Shown here: piece after piece, positions 10,001 through 19,134 of the stretch | How the letters are laid out: each line of letters opens with the position of its first letter | Position numbering within the stretch: the first letter of the stretch is position 1 | Notes under the pieces: generated by a model | Seen by the model: the letters and a program-made list of their open reading frames with translations, nothing else | What the model was told of the DNA's origin: nothing | The model's database searches: none | Assembly: GCA_024704765.1 (NCBI GenBank) | Contig: JAKMXF010000321.1 | Location: 868,001-932,000 of the forward strand | DNA length: 64,000 bases | Reading direction: 5' to 3' | From: Oopsacas minuta | Taxonomy: Eukaryota; Animalia; Porifera | Position numbers and translations under genes: made by a program

Positions 10001-12052
10001 TCCTATCTCTCCATCATATACTCTAGAAGAAGTGATCAGCTGTTTCCCTGTAGCGTATAATCCTGTTGGAAATACACTGTGAATAGCTGCTATAGTATTT
10101 TTATTAGCTAGATATGGAGTTATGATTGTTGTGGCTAGTTCTCTAATCTCAAAATAATCACTAGTTAGACATAGAGAAATGAGAGTCAAATCAGATAACG
10201 TTAACAATTCAAATTCTACTGGAGCTAACATAGTGTAGATGTTAAGCTTAGCTCGTTTGCTCTTAGAATTAGACTTCTTAGTCTCTACAGGACGAATAAA
10301 GCTGTCTACCAACGACTGGTACATAGATAAACCCACAGTAACCTTCTGGAATGTAGAATCAGGTAAGAGACATTGTAACGAGATAAATCTATAGAAAGAT
10401 AGTATGCTTATAAAATATATATATTTCTGGTGAAAACATTGAGTAGATTCTACAGATTTCTCTCTAGGCATGTTGTCAATTAATACAGCTTGTATGCAAG
10501 TAATGGATTTGGTTATAAGGAGACTGAGTTTCTGTCTGAAAGGTGATGATGACGGGTTTAGATTATAAGGTATAAATTCACGGATAAGATCTAATCTCCA
10601 TAATCGAGAACTATCAAATGGAACTGTTAACACAATGTATAACGCTTCTATACGAATATATTCATCGCCTGAAGACAATCCATCTCTTAGGATACCAATA
10701 CAATTATCAGTAATTTTTATGATATCCAAATTAATACTGTATTTGAGGTATTGAATAGCTGCATAGAGTATATTAGTATAAGTAGGGGATAGAGAGTGCG
10801 AATGTGTTATGTAATCACATTTTTCAGATTGAGAAAGAGCATTCAGTAGTTTTGTTATTGGAGAATTAACTTGTATAGAAATACCATATATGGTGTCTAT
10901 AATTATTTGAGAAGATTGATGAATAGATTTGAGTGTAGCAGGCAACCAGTATTGAGTCAGATTATGTCTCTCATTATGATCGTTACTCAAGAGGGATCTC
11001 ATAAATGGGTGTAACCAGGTTTCTATCCAATTCTCTATAGAAATATCTTTAATAAGAGTTTTATACAGCTCGGATGCAGCAGTGTAGAGATTTGTAGTAG
11101 ACATACAGTTAGTTAGCTCGTTAGTCAGATTTATGTGTGCATTTAGTATAACAGATGGAGACACGAATTCACAGAGTATGTGTAGTAAGATATATCTGGC
11201 TTTTGAAGCCCATGGTATTGCTAGTGTGTTTTTGAGATATTTTAGAAAGAAAGAAGAATCTTGTCCTGACCATGTTAGATATCTCTGATAGAGTATGAAG
11301 TATTTTCGTAGAATTAATTTAGTATTTTCAGGAATTCCAGGAAGAGCTTCTTCAATATATTTCCAGACAAAATCCTGTATAAATGTATGCAATTCAGATT
11401 GTATTCCAAAAACATTTTTATCATTTTCAGAATTATAAGAAACTTGTTTGAAATATAACATAGCAGAATCTAACCATTGTATTAGAGAATGAGAGAATGT
11501 TGTAATATAGAATGATAACAGTTCATTTTGAAATAACACGAGTAATTGTTTGAGGAAGAATTGATAAATAATAGAATTGCTGAATGAATCTGAAAATAAA
11601 AAGTTATTAATAATCTTATCTTTTCCAGCAACAAATTCTCTGAGAAAGATCAGTTTAAGAAAAATATTCGTATTCTTCCTACAAGAAAGCTGTAGTAAAC
11701 TAACTGAGGGGTTAGTTAGAATCTCTTGATTTATCTCAAATCCAAACTGCTTCGAAAGTAAAATGAAATTAGCCAAGAATTGCTGTACAGAATTAGAAAA
11801 TGCTATTAGAATCTTTTGTATGAATATGAAGCATACAATAGCTATATCTTTACTAGATATATGTGTAATAATTATATCAGAGAGGTTGTCTATCAGAAAA
11901 GAAGCTTGTTTATTTGAGATAACATCATTTGGTATATTATTAAGGAACTGATTGAGTGTATATCTTAATTGCTGGAGGAGGGTTTCCGAGTTTAAGTTAG
12001 CGTCAATTTTTTGAGATGATAGATCTTCTAAAAGGCTTGTGTAGTTGCTCAT
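7004..12052 (-). CDS. THADA: THADA / Trm732 homolog (tRNA Nm32 methylation adaptor), 1682 aa, single exon
   Basis: DUF2428 motifs SRQGAGLPF, VRCMNILRILYRDS and WSVRNAGMMLFGAL within a long helical-repeat protein. Confidence 0.92.
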   Translation of the reverse strand: MSNYTSLLEDLSSQKIDANLNSETLLQQLRYTLNQFLNNIPNDVISNKQASFLIDNLSDIIITHISSKDIAIVCFIFIQKILIAFSNSVQQFLANFILLSKQFGFEINQEILTNPSVSLLQLSCRKNTNIFLKLIFLREFVAGKDKIINNFLFSDSFSNSIIYQFFLKQLLVLFQNELLSFYITTFSHSLIQWLDSAMLYFKQVSYNSENDKNVFGIQSELHTFIQDFVWKYIEEALPGIPENTKLILRKYFILYQRYLTWSGQDSSFFLKYLKNTLAIPWASKARYILLHILCEFVSPSVILNAHINLTNELTNCMSTTNLYTAASELYKTLIKDISIENWIETWLHPFMRSLLSNDHNERHNLTQYWLPATLKSIHQSSQIIIDTIYGISIQVNSPITKLLNALSQSEKCDYITHSHSLSPTYTNILYAAIQYLKYSINLDIIKITDNCIGILRDGLSSGDEYIRIEALYIVLTVPFDSSRLWRLDLIREFIPYNLNPSSSPFRQKLSLLITKSITCIQAVLIDNMPREKSVESTQCFHQKYIYFISILSFYRFISLQCLLPDSTFQKVTVGLSMYQSLVDSFIRPVETKKSNSKSKRAKLNIYTMLAPVEFELLTLSDLTLISLCLTSDYFEIRELATTIITPYLANKNTIAAIHSVFPTGLYATGKQLITSSRVYDGEIGALLLRIYLDNSIQNNLSVNPKELQYRLCVDLLDVVSTQFVAAKKNILDAAYNAPLFSAIAAINSVLTHKIDSDVMEIDWQQYLRELIALLDDVITFSLTTLMGSNNEDMLAPSFADMGVAIETAVLSVHNNADSTTHHTDCSSFSYQLVNNCVWLALKEASSLLGILPDVFGITTPVDKNMLVVTPELVEKIGSILIAILMKCRHIGAILTCQSAFTKFCYSISNSNMPAVCCLIFQWLDDIINTTTSQDVKSSISRQGAGLPFCVQSILCSESKLPHKPLLQFTMDKLLTHAGATEAVLVSDTHDLVSVRCMNILRILYRDSTVGNRCVLSYGERGLYIAVTSMRSSLWSVRNAGMMLFGALAVRMLGQRRLSEDAIELSTITLQQLFTRFPLIRSLFLSQLNSPSDCPSTHLHSAVYPVLLFLCKLCPSPNYNFSEKSSYIRVLQVYTHSVVYSVRCKASQALAMFIYKSGVDTVLLHVLEKIPDSIEQCVSYNYMHGQLEFLAELIRLNYVLYNTGSSSALIKVHQCIYRCKWLISEDTPLMVRKVYLSIVCMLNSVELNSSLLYELSEQTKLDVHSINLYFSIIQFYLSSSNTVTQSLLIKFSAKLFNTISIVKDSRSLCTELLEHPQILPWLLENSNNTYASLFKRYVHMPDGSSHTDICSHLEILVQMLGHVITLNSNCFDVDFNQLTNYILRYSTMYTSLKLELCCLQISSIILIRKINYPHLLIEREIELFALLTRLLNTHSKPDSSEDSRLIAVNYLIKIFSSLTLYPSLFRPISTIQFVIIKNMIILLQDEVVDVRTSLATCISQVLDSHLPLDNHITLKLVFTWLANTLFILEECWELMLDYISSKICINVNAVKDEVVLFEKGKDNIYGEDCVNCELAFKTLRLVSINLKQTELFGNFVRYLFEYINTKSNILSSNLATTHPLDGMLSSNSLLYRQITGLLCVIKLMESLGENLPDNLNTILNTNEESCLISLYLKQIEKWTQFST

Positions 12053-12279
12053 CTTTAGGATATTACGAACATTTTGTATCAGAAACTACTTAAATAATCG
12101 CCAAATAGAGTTTTGATATCAAATAATGTAGATTAATGGTTAGAAAGATCTATCTAAATACTGTAGAACGATACATAAAAGTTAATATTTAAGAAAAGTA
12201 TAATTACATACAACATTACAAATTTGAAAGCAAAATCATTCACCAATAATTATATGAATGAATATTCACAGATACTATC

Positions 12280-13436
12280 TATAATCTGAATAAGAGGTGC
12301 AGAACATATTTGATATCGATATTATCTTCTTTTGAGCCTTCTTCTGTACAACTTCAAACAAGTAATATAAATTAAATTTAAATTTACAACAACAAAATTG
12401 AAATAAATTACAATTGGCATGAGTAAGCAATTAGCACACTGTAGAGGATAACTTGATAAAGAACAATCTGGGTAGATTCTTGCAGTGTGAACACCGGTAT
12501 ATTATACGTTACATGAAACCAACAAGAATTATAAGAAATAGATTCAAGAAAGATATACAAGTTGTAGAATATCATATTCTCCAGAATATATAACTCAAAA
12601 GTGAACAAGAAAACAAAGACAAGCACCTTATATTGTTTTAACAATCTCTTCTGTTGTAGATACACATTAGTGCTATGGAGATGATATGCATCTATAACAC
12701 GACTATTCATGGCAGGAAAGAATCTCTTCTTAGCTATGTAGACTACGATAAGGAAACTGATTTGATCCATCAAACTTTAAGCTATGACACCAATTAGAAA
12801 AGTATATGGAAATAATACAAAAATTTCAATAAAGAAATATACAACAGTTCCTATAAAGATGAAGCAAAGAACAGTTTTCACCCTCAACTCATTTCTAGCA
12901 GCAAAGGTCAAATGAAGAAGAGATGCACCAAACATCCAAATAATCATGGAAAAAGAAAAAGAGTCCAACAAAATATTTAAATTTCCATGTGTAACACTTA
13001 ATCTATAATCATAATACCCGCCAAGGATAGTATTCGAATCTACGGAGCAGTTAAAACCGATTGGAATTTGATACTCGGAGGAATATAAAACAAACAAACA
13101 AACCCACTGGCAACTCATATTAAGCAATAAATCAGTTCAAAGCACAAAAACAGAAAAAATAATGCTACGAAAGATTTTTTCTTTTTGAATAAAGAGACCA
13201 TTTACATAATAACTGTCATTAATATTATTACACATAAGAGTCTGTAGTCTCCGTTTGTATCGTATTTGTACAAATATATCAATCATGACGTAAAATAACC
13301 AAAAGAGACATAGGATGAGGTAGATTAATTTTATAACCTGATCAATGTAATACAATATAGTATCATAAACATTGCTTATCGATGTTACAACACTCTGAGA
13401 ATTTGAACTAATATTACCTTCTTCTCCAACCATCAT
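12280..13436 (-). pseudogene. Pseudogene of the orphan 7TM family
   Basis: Colinear with intact copies (FFPAMNSRVIDAYHL, KQYKVLVFVFLFTFE, YRYQICSAPL). Has compensating frameshifts near 13160/13075, CAA>TAA nonsense at 12777-12779, a further frameshift near 12420 and a stop before the C-terminal motif. Confidence 0.85.
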
Positions 13437-14623
13437 ATTCCTTTATCAATGGTTTTCTATTATTTTCACATACGTATCTATGTTTATATACAAAAATCAA
13501 CAAAACTTAATAAGCCTATATTATTGAAAGATTTACTTTCTACCGAGATTATTACCTCAGTTTTTAAAGTCTCAGAGTAAGATGGATGCAATGGCACCAA
13601 ATTAATGTTTTTGTCAGCAACCAACAAATGTTGATTTTGTGGATCACTGCATTATATACAAGTTTTACAAAAGAAAAAGTCTGTTAACAAACCGGGAATG
13701 TATCTCAGTGCATTTCAAATTTCTAGAAAGTACTACTATCATCAACATGATTTTAGTATTCAAATTATAAAGGGTGGATGAGATTCATGAGACATAGGCC
13801 CAGAGTTGGTATCGGTTCGGGTTTGATGTTGATAATTTCGTACTTAGCACAATCATACCTGCTAACATAATTGTCTTATATCCCTGTATGGAGCCTCCAT
13901 TTCCCCTGACCCCTGTACGTTAGTCAAAATCCCTGTATACCCCATAAATGTTTTCTGGGTCACAGCGGTCGCTCGTCTAGAAAATCACTCTACACTTACA
14001 CCGAGAATAATTAAACTATCAAGATTTATTATGTACAGGGTGGGGCCGTTAACGAAAATAGGCAAAATCCCTGTATAGTTTACACTGTATAGTTTACAGG
14101 TATTCACATTGTGAATTACATATAACAATCTTTTCTTTCGAATTCTGTCTACTTGTAGAAAGAAATAATTTATATTAATAATAGAATTCTTGACTCCTCA
14201 TATGGAACTCACTAGAGGCCTAGAGGATTTGAATTATGCACTACACGTATATAACTTCGGGTTCAACAGTGTCGGGGTCGGGTTATGAAAAGTGGATCCG
14301 ATTCCAATTCTGCATATCCCATGATTAAACGTTCAAGTAAACGTAGCAGCTATTCTTCTGGCTCAGTAAGGATAAATAATACTATAAGTATTGATTAATA
14401 AACATGAATCAGTCTAGCCTGTAAATTCATTGAAATGTAAGTCAAATGTATTAAAATAAGATTGATAATATGATTAATAATGTAGATAAGAATTAGAAAA
14501 TGTCAAAATTGGAATCTACACATTCGAATACACCTAACTAAGAGTAGAAATGAAATGTTAACATGATTTTGAAATTGAATAATATGCAAAAAGGTGTGAA
14601 AATATGATAAATCATGTGGATAT

Positions 14624-15180
14624 CAGGCCTGGGGTCAATTAATTTGAAATGTAATATAGTAATATTACTTATATATTTTTACTATTACTATTACTCACTA
14701 TTACTATTACAAATTTCTTGATAATTCGTAATACTTTGCTATTATTCAGAATGTCTGAATTATATTATTTAATTGATGATGCCATACAAAGAAATATAAT
14801 ATAATATAATCTAAGCAAATAACTAATATCAATAAATTTATGTGAATTGCATTTGATCATAATTAACTTGTGTAAAACATCATCAAATATTGAATATCTT
14901 TCTGGCATAAATAATTTCCCTGCAATACTAAACAGTCTCTCTACAGGTGCTGATTAGGCTGAGACAGATTAATATTGCTGAGCTAATTTAGCTAATATAC
15001 GTAGAGACTTGCTCTTAACGGCTATAGATGAGTATCAAAGGGTTGGATGAGATAATAGGCATAATTATGTGTAGGATTAAATTGGAATTAGATTAAACCT
15101 CCCAGTAAGCGAAGCTGTTGTTCTCCTGTAGTACTCAATACATACAACTTACAAATATAGTAATTAAAGGACAAGCCGTG
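14624..15180 (-). mobile_element. Degenerate hAT transposon end with C-terminal dimerisation-domain relic
   Basis: Minus strand LAKLAQQY*SVSA*SAPVERLFSIAGKLFMPER...KLIMIKCN matches the hAT dimerisation domain; terminus CAGGCCTGGGGTCAATT at 14624. Confidence 0.75.
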
Positions 15181-15313
15181 TAGACGGGGTAGTAGAATAT
15201 ATTTGGAAACCTCAACCTGTAGATTCATTGAAAAATTTATTTGTTAAAATGTCACAGATTGTCATGCATAAATGAAGAGAATATGAATAATAAGTATCAA
15301 TAATGTCATGAAT

Positions 15314-16045
15314 CTAATCTAGCGACCGATATTGTCTCGTCTTCTTTTCCCTGGGAGGAGATTGATCTCTCTCTCTGGGGTATCGGGAGTGTGAACTGGA
15401 TAGGTGTTGGTAGGATCTGGGGCTTCTAGCACTGTGTATGAGAGGAGAACGACTGTAAGGTCTACTCTTACCCTCCGTGGAGTGAGAACGTGACCTAATC
15501 TTCTGACCATATAGCTTGAAACTGAGATATTTAGAGATAGGCTTGAAATGTACAAAGCCACAATACCCTCCACGAGTACAATCCCCAGTTTCATACAGAC
15601 GACAACAAGCCTCACGAAAGTCAGTCACAGGGGAGAATTCAGCTCGTATTGGCTGTCCATTGAACCATCTGTTGTTGAGAGAGAGCACTGCTTTCTCTGC
15701 ATCCTCTTCCTTACGGAACTTAACATACACATTCCCTATGAGATGATCACCTATGTTATCACACACATTCAGCTCTTCTATCTCTCCGTATTTCTCCTCC
15801 AACTCAATGAACACATCCTCAAAGAATGTGTCGTAATGCTCTTGCTGTTCTCCCCCACTCATCATCTGTAGATTTCCATCAGTGTGCTGGTACAAATTCT
15901 GCATTAGTATAGTCTGACTGGATGTAGGCTTGTTGTGTAGACGGGAGCAGGCCTCTCCGTGACGACATGCTCCTATCTTGAAGTAGAAGGAACAGTTTAC
16001 CTTGTCATTTTTAGTACCGAAGATTGAAGCAAGATATTCTGCCAT
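15314..16045 (-). CDS. U2AF1: Divergent U2AF small-subunit paralog (U2AF1-like B), 243 aa, intronless
   Basis: ZnF1-UHM/RRM-ZnF2 architecture with intact CCCH ligands and an intact ORF. The ORF-track start at 16057 is TTG; the ATG is at 16045. ZnF2 reads CCRLYETGDCTRGGYCGFVHF and the RS tail is degenerate. Confidence 0.88.
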   Translation of the reverse strand: MAEYLASIFGTKNDKVNCSFYFKIGACRHGEACSRLHNKPTSSQTILMQNLYQHTDGNLQMMSGGEQQEHYDTFFEDVFIELEEKYGEIEELNVCDNIGDHLIGNVYVKFRKEEDAEKAVLSLNNRWFNGQPIRAEFSPVTDFREACCRLYETGDCTRGGYCGFVHFKPISKYLSFKLYGQKIRSRSHSTEGKSRPYSRSPLIHSARSPRSYQHLSSSHSRYPRERDQSPPREKKTRQYRSLD

Positions 16046-18010
16046 ACTGTATGGCAATGATTAGCAACAATAAATATTAGCATTCTATACAAATATGCAA
16101 TGACACAATTGAAAATATTATACATCATAGAATGGAATGCAATTTACATGGCTAAAGAACTCAGAGCTAATGGTGATGAAGTTTAGTAAGTATCATTCAG
16201 GTGGATAAAATTTGCTTGAAGTCAACATCCCTGATTTGGTACAAGTGGATTATTCACTTTATGAAACAAATTCCAACCCAAGTCCATACTTACCAACCAA
16301 CCCTGAATCCCTGAATTCTCTAGGACTTTACAGAAATGTAGGGAAATTTTGCAGATATATGTGCCTTTTTCCCAAATATAGACTGAAATTTATGGAAGTA
16401 TACCTTTCATACTTATCAACCCCTGTAACTGCTTCCCTGGATTCCTAATTTTATATGCAAATAATATGAATTTTTCCCTCCATTATAAAAAATAACGCCA
16501 TAAATATTTTCCCGTGGATAATCCAGGGATCACTGGATGGTTGGCAATTTCGCACAAGATTAACTTCTAAGTAATTGACAAGCCAAATGTATTGGAACCA
16601 CTTGTGTCACATGGCTATAATATATTGAGTATTATCATACTGGTTTTCCCAGGTTGGTGAATTGCTAGTTTGCAGTGTGACAACATGGCGATTATGGGGT
16701 AATAGATACTTACACTGAAGATATATGTTAAAATGTTGTCATATATAGTAAATCGATACTGTAAATTTCAAAAATGGCACCAGATTTTTAGTTGCACTTC
16801 TGAAAAATTGGACTATGACGTAATCTGTGGCATTTTGATATAATCAATAATTATGGTTCAAGAATAAATGAGTTCTAAATTTGTGAGTGTGTTATACCAG
16901 CTAGCCCTATTTATTGACAAAGATGAATAACAATGCGTATACTGAATTCATGTATGCATTGGATACTTCATAAAATGATACTAATGAATTAGAAGTACAG
17001 AAATATAAAATGTTATAACGAAAATACAATTTTTCTAAAAATACTTTTCGTCCGAATGGGTCTGCCCCATACACTTAATGTCAAGAAAAGTATAAGTGGG
17101 CGCTTTAGGCGGGTCTATAAATTATTGAAAATTAAATTTATAAAGATATACTATGCGAAATTGTCAACTATTCAACTTGCAATTGTTTGCATTGTAAGAT
17201 CGGGGACCTAAAAGGTAGGTCAAAGAGCTGAAACATGGATAACATTAGACGGCTAAAAATGCTTTGAGAATGAAAAATAAAGATTTAATTTGTTTTGCAA
17301 ACGAGTTAAAATTAATCACTAAATACATACGAATACTGATAAATGCCATTGAATTACTAAAAATCCTGGAATGCTGAAATATTACAAGGTTATTTGAAGA
17401 ATAAATATTTGTGGTTTTCAGGTTTACAAATTTCAAATTTTGCCTAAGTTTGAGCCTTTGGTTAGACATGTTATAAGTTCATTAAGCAACTAATAATAGA
17501 ATATTTCTAGGTTTGAAATAGTGAAAAATCGAATACACGCTCATTAATTTTGGTAAATAGCTAAGTCAAATTTTCGCCTATTACCGCATAGTTCCACACT
17601 GTGGTTTGCTAGGTAATAAGTAGTTATTAATACAAGTTTGAAATCATTTCTAGTAGTGTTATGCTCTAGTAATCTAGTCTACTCGTCTGTTCGCCAAATC
17701 TACAACTTTGGATGAAGTGTACAATAGCGTCGATACAATGTTTCAGTTGACAAGTTGGTGCGTGTTTCGTTTTCCCGCTAATTTATAATCCCACTTTGGA
17801 CTCAAGGACATTTCATGTCTGCAAAAAAGCCCTGGATGGATGTCTGGATCTCGGAAGTTCGGCTAAACATGCATATATTGATTAGTTGCATGGGTTAAAT
17901 TCATTGAATAGTCATGCATTAGCTAAACTAATAGTGACAGACAAAATTTGGTGAATAGCTAAAATTAGGACAGTTATACAAATCATTTATCAATAATGTC
18001 AGTTATGATT

Positions 18011-18769
18011 CTATTCTCGTGACCGAGATCTTCTCCTCTCCTTATCTCTGCGAGGAGATCGACCTCTCTGTCTCCCAGGGGAGCGGGAGCGACGTCTGGG
18101 TGATCTGGGGCTTCTAGTCCTGCGTCTGGGAGGAGAATGACTGTAAGATCTATTATATCTCTCCGGTGAGCGAGAATGTGACCTCCGGATAATTTTCTGA
18201 CCGTACAGCTTGAAGCGAAGATCCTTAGAGATAGGCTTAAGATGCATAAAATTACAATACCCTCCACGTGTGCAGTCTCCAGTTTCATACTGACGACAAC
18301 AAGCCTCACGAAAGTCAGTCACAGGGGAGAGTTCAGCTCGTATTGGCTGTCCATTGAACCATCTGTTGTTGAGAGAGAGCACTGCTTTCTCTGCATCCTC
18401 TTCCTTACGGAACTTAACATACACATTCCCTATGAGATGATCACCTAGGTTATCACACACATTCAGCTCTTCTATCTCTCCGTATTTCTCCTCCAACTCA
18501 ATGAACACATCCTCAAAGAACGTGTCGTAGTATTCCTGCTGCTCTTCCTCACTCATCAAGGAGAATGTCTGTAGAGTTCCGTCAGGGTTCTGAGTACGAG
18601 TAGCAGGGTTCTGGTATAAATTCTGCATTAGTATAGTCTGACTAAATGTAGGCTTGTTGTGTAGACGGGAGCAGCCCTCTCCGTGACGACATGCTCCTAT
18701 CTTGAAGTAGAAGGAACAGTTTACCTTGTCCTTTTCAGTACCGAAGATTGAAGCAAGATATTCTGCCAT
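18011..18769 (-). CDS. U2AF1: Splicing factor U2AF 35 kDa subunit, canonical, 252 aa, intronless
   Basis: MAEYLASIFGTEKDKVNCSFYFKIGACRHG..CSRLH, CCRQYE...CNFMHLKPIS, RS-rich tail. Confidence 0.97.
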   Translation of the reverse strand: MAEYLASIFGTEKDKVNCSFYFKIGACRHGEGCSRLHNKPTFSQTILMQNLYQNPATRTQNPDGTLQTFSLMSEEEQQEYYDTFFEDVFIELEEKYGEIEELNVCDNLGDHLIGNVYVKFRKEEDAEKAVLSLNNRWFNGQPIRAELSPVTDFREACCRQYETGDCTRGGYCNFMHLKPISKDLRFKLYGQKIIRRSHSRSPERYNRSYSHSPPRRRTRSPRSPRRRSRSPGRQRGRSPRRDKERRRSRSRE

Positions 18770-19134
18770 ACTGGCAGTATTAATAACAATAAAGGAAGTA
18801 AATTCTAAACTACAGACTCGTATTTAGAATACAACTAAATATGAAAATGGATACAAGAATATGCTAGGAGGACAGTAATATTATTATTGTTGTCCTGCTT
18901 CAAAGATAAAATATTGTGTAGCTGATTTACATTCAGAAAATGATGTGGTTAGACTGGAGCAGAACAATAATCAGACTCATATGACAATAAGTTGATGGAA
19001 GGTATGAGAAATCTACGAAATTGAAGATCTATTTTCTTAAATAAATTCTATTATAATAAAATGAATTACAATTCTAACAGGCATCTACTACACTACACAA
19101 TTGGACAATTTGACATCTAAATATAACTAAAGAG

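Noticed and set aside
12408-13436. Stop-codon readthrough or an alternative genetic code, since three ORFs share one frame
   Set aside because: Alignment to intact paralogs shows compensating frameshifts and an ordinary CAA>TAA mutation; other genes use standard stops.
17593-17610. CACAGTG (RSS/Transib-like heptamer; also near 24693 and 47835)
   Set aside because: No nonamer at 12/23 spacing and no paired terminus or 5-bp TSD found.
15319-18448. Overlapping alternative-frame and antisense ORFs in both U2AF1 genes (and similar ones in THADA, TRP, GIMAP, ITSN)
   Set aside because: Shadow ORFs of real coding sequence with no independent motifs; their duplication just follows the U2AF1 duplication.
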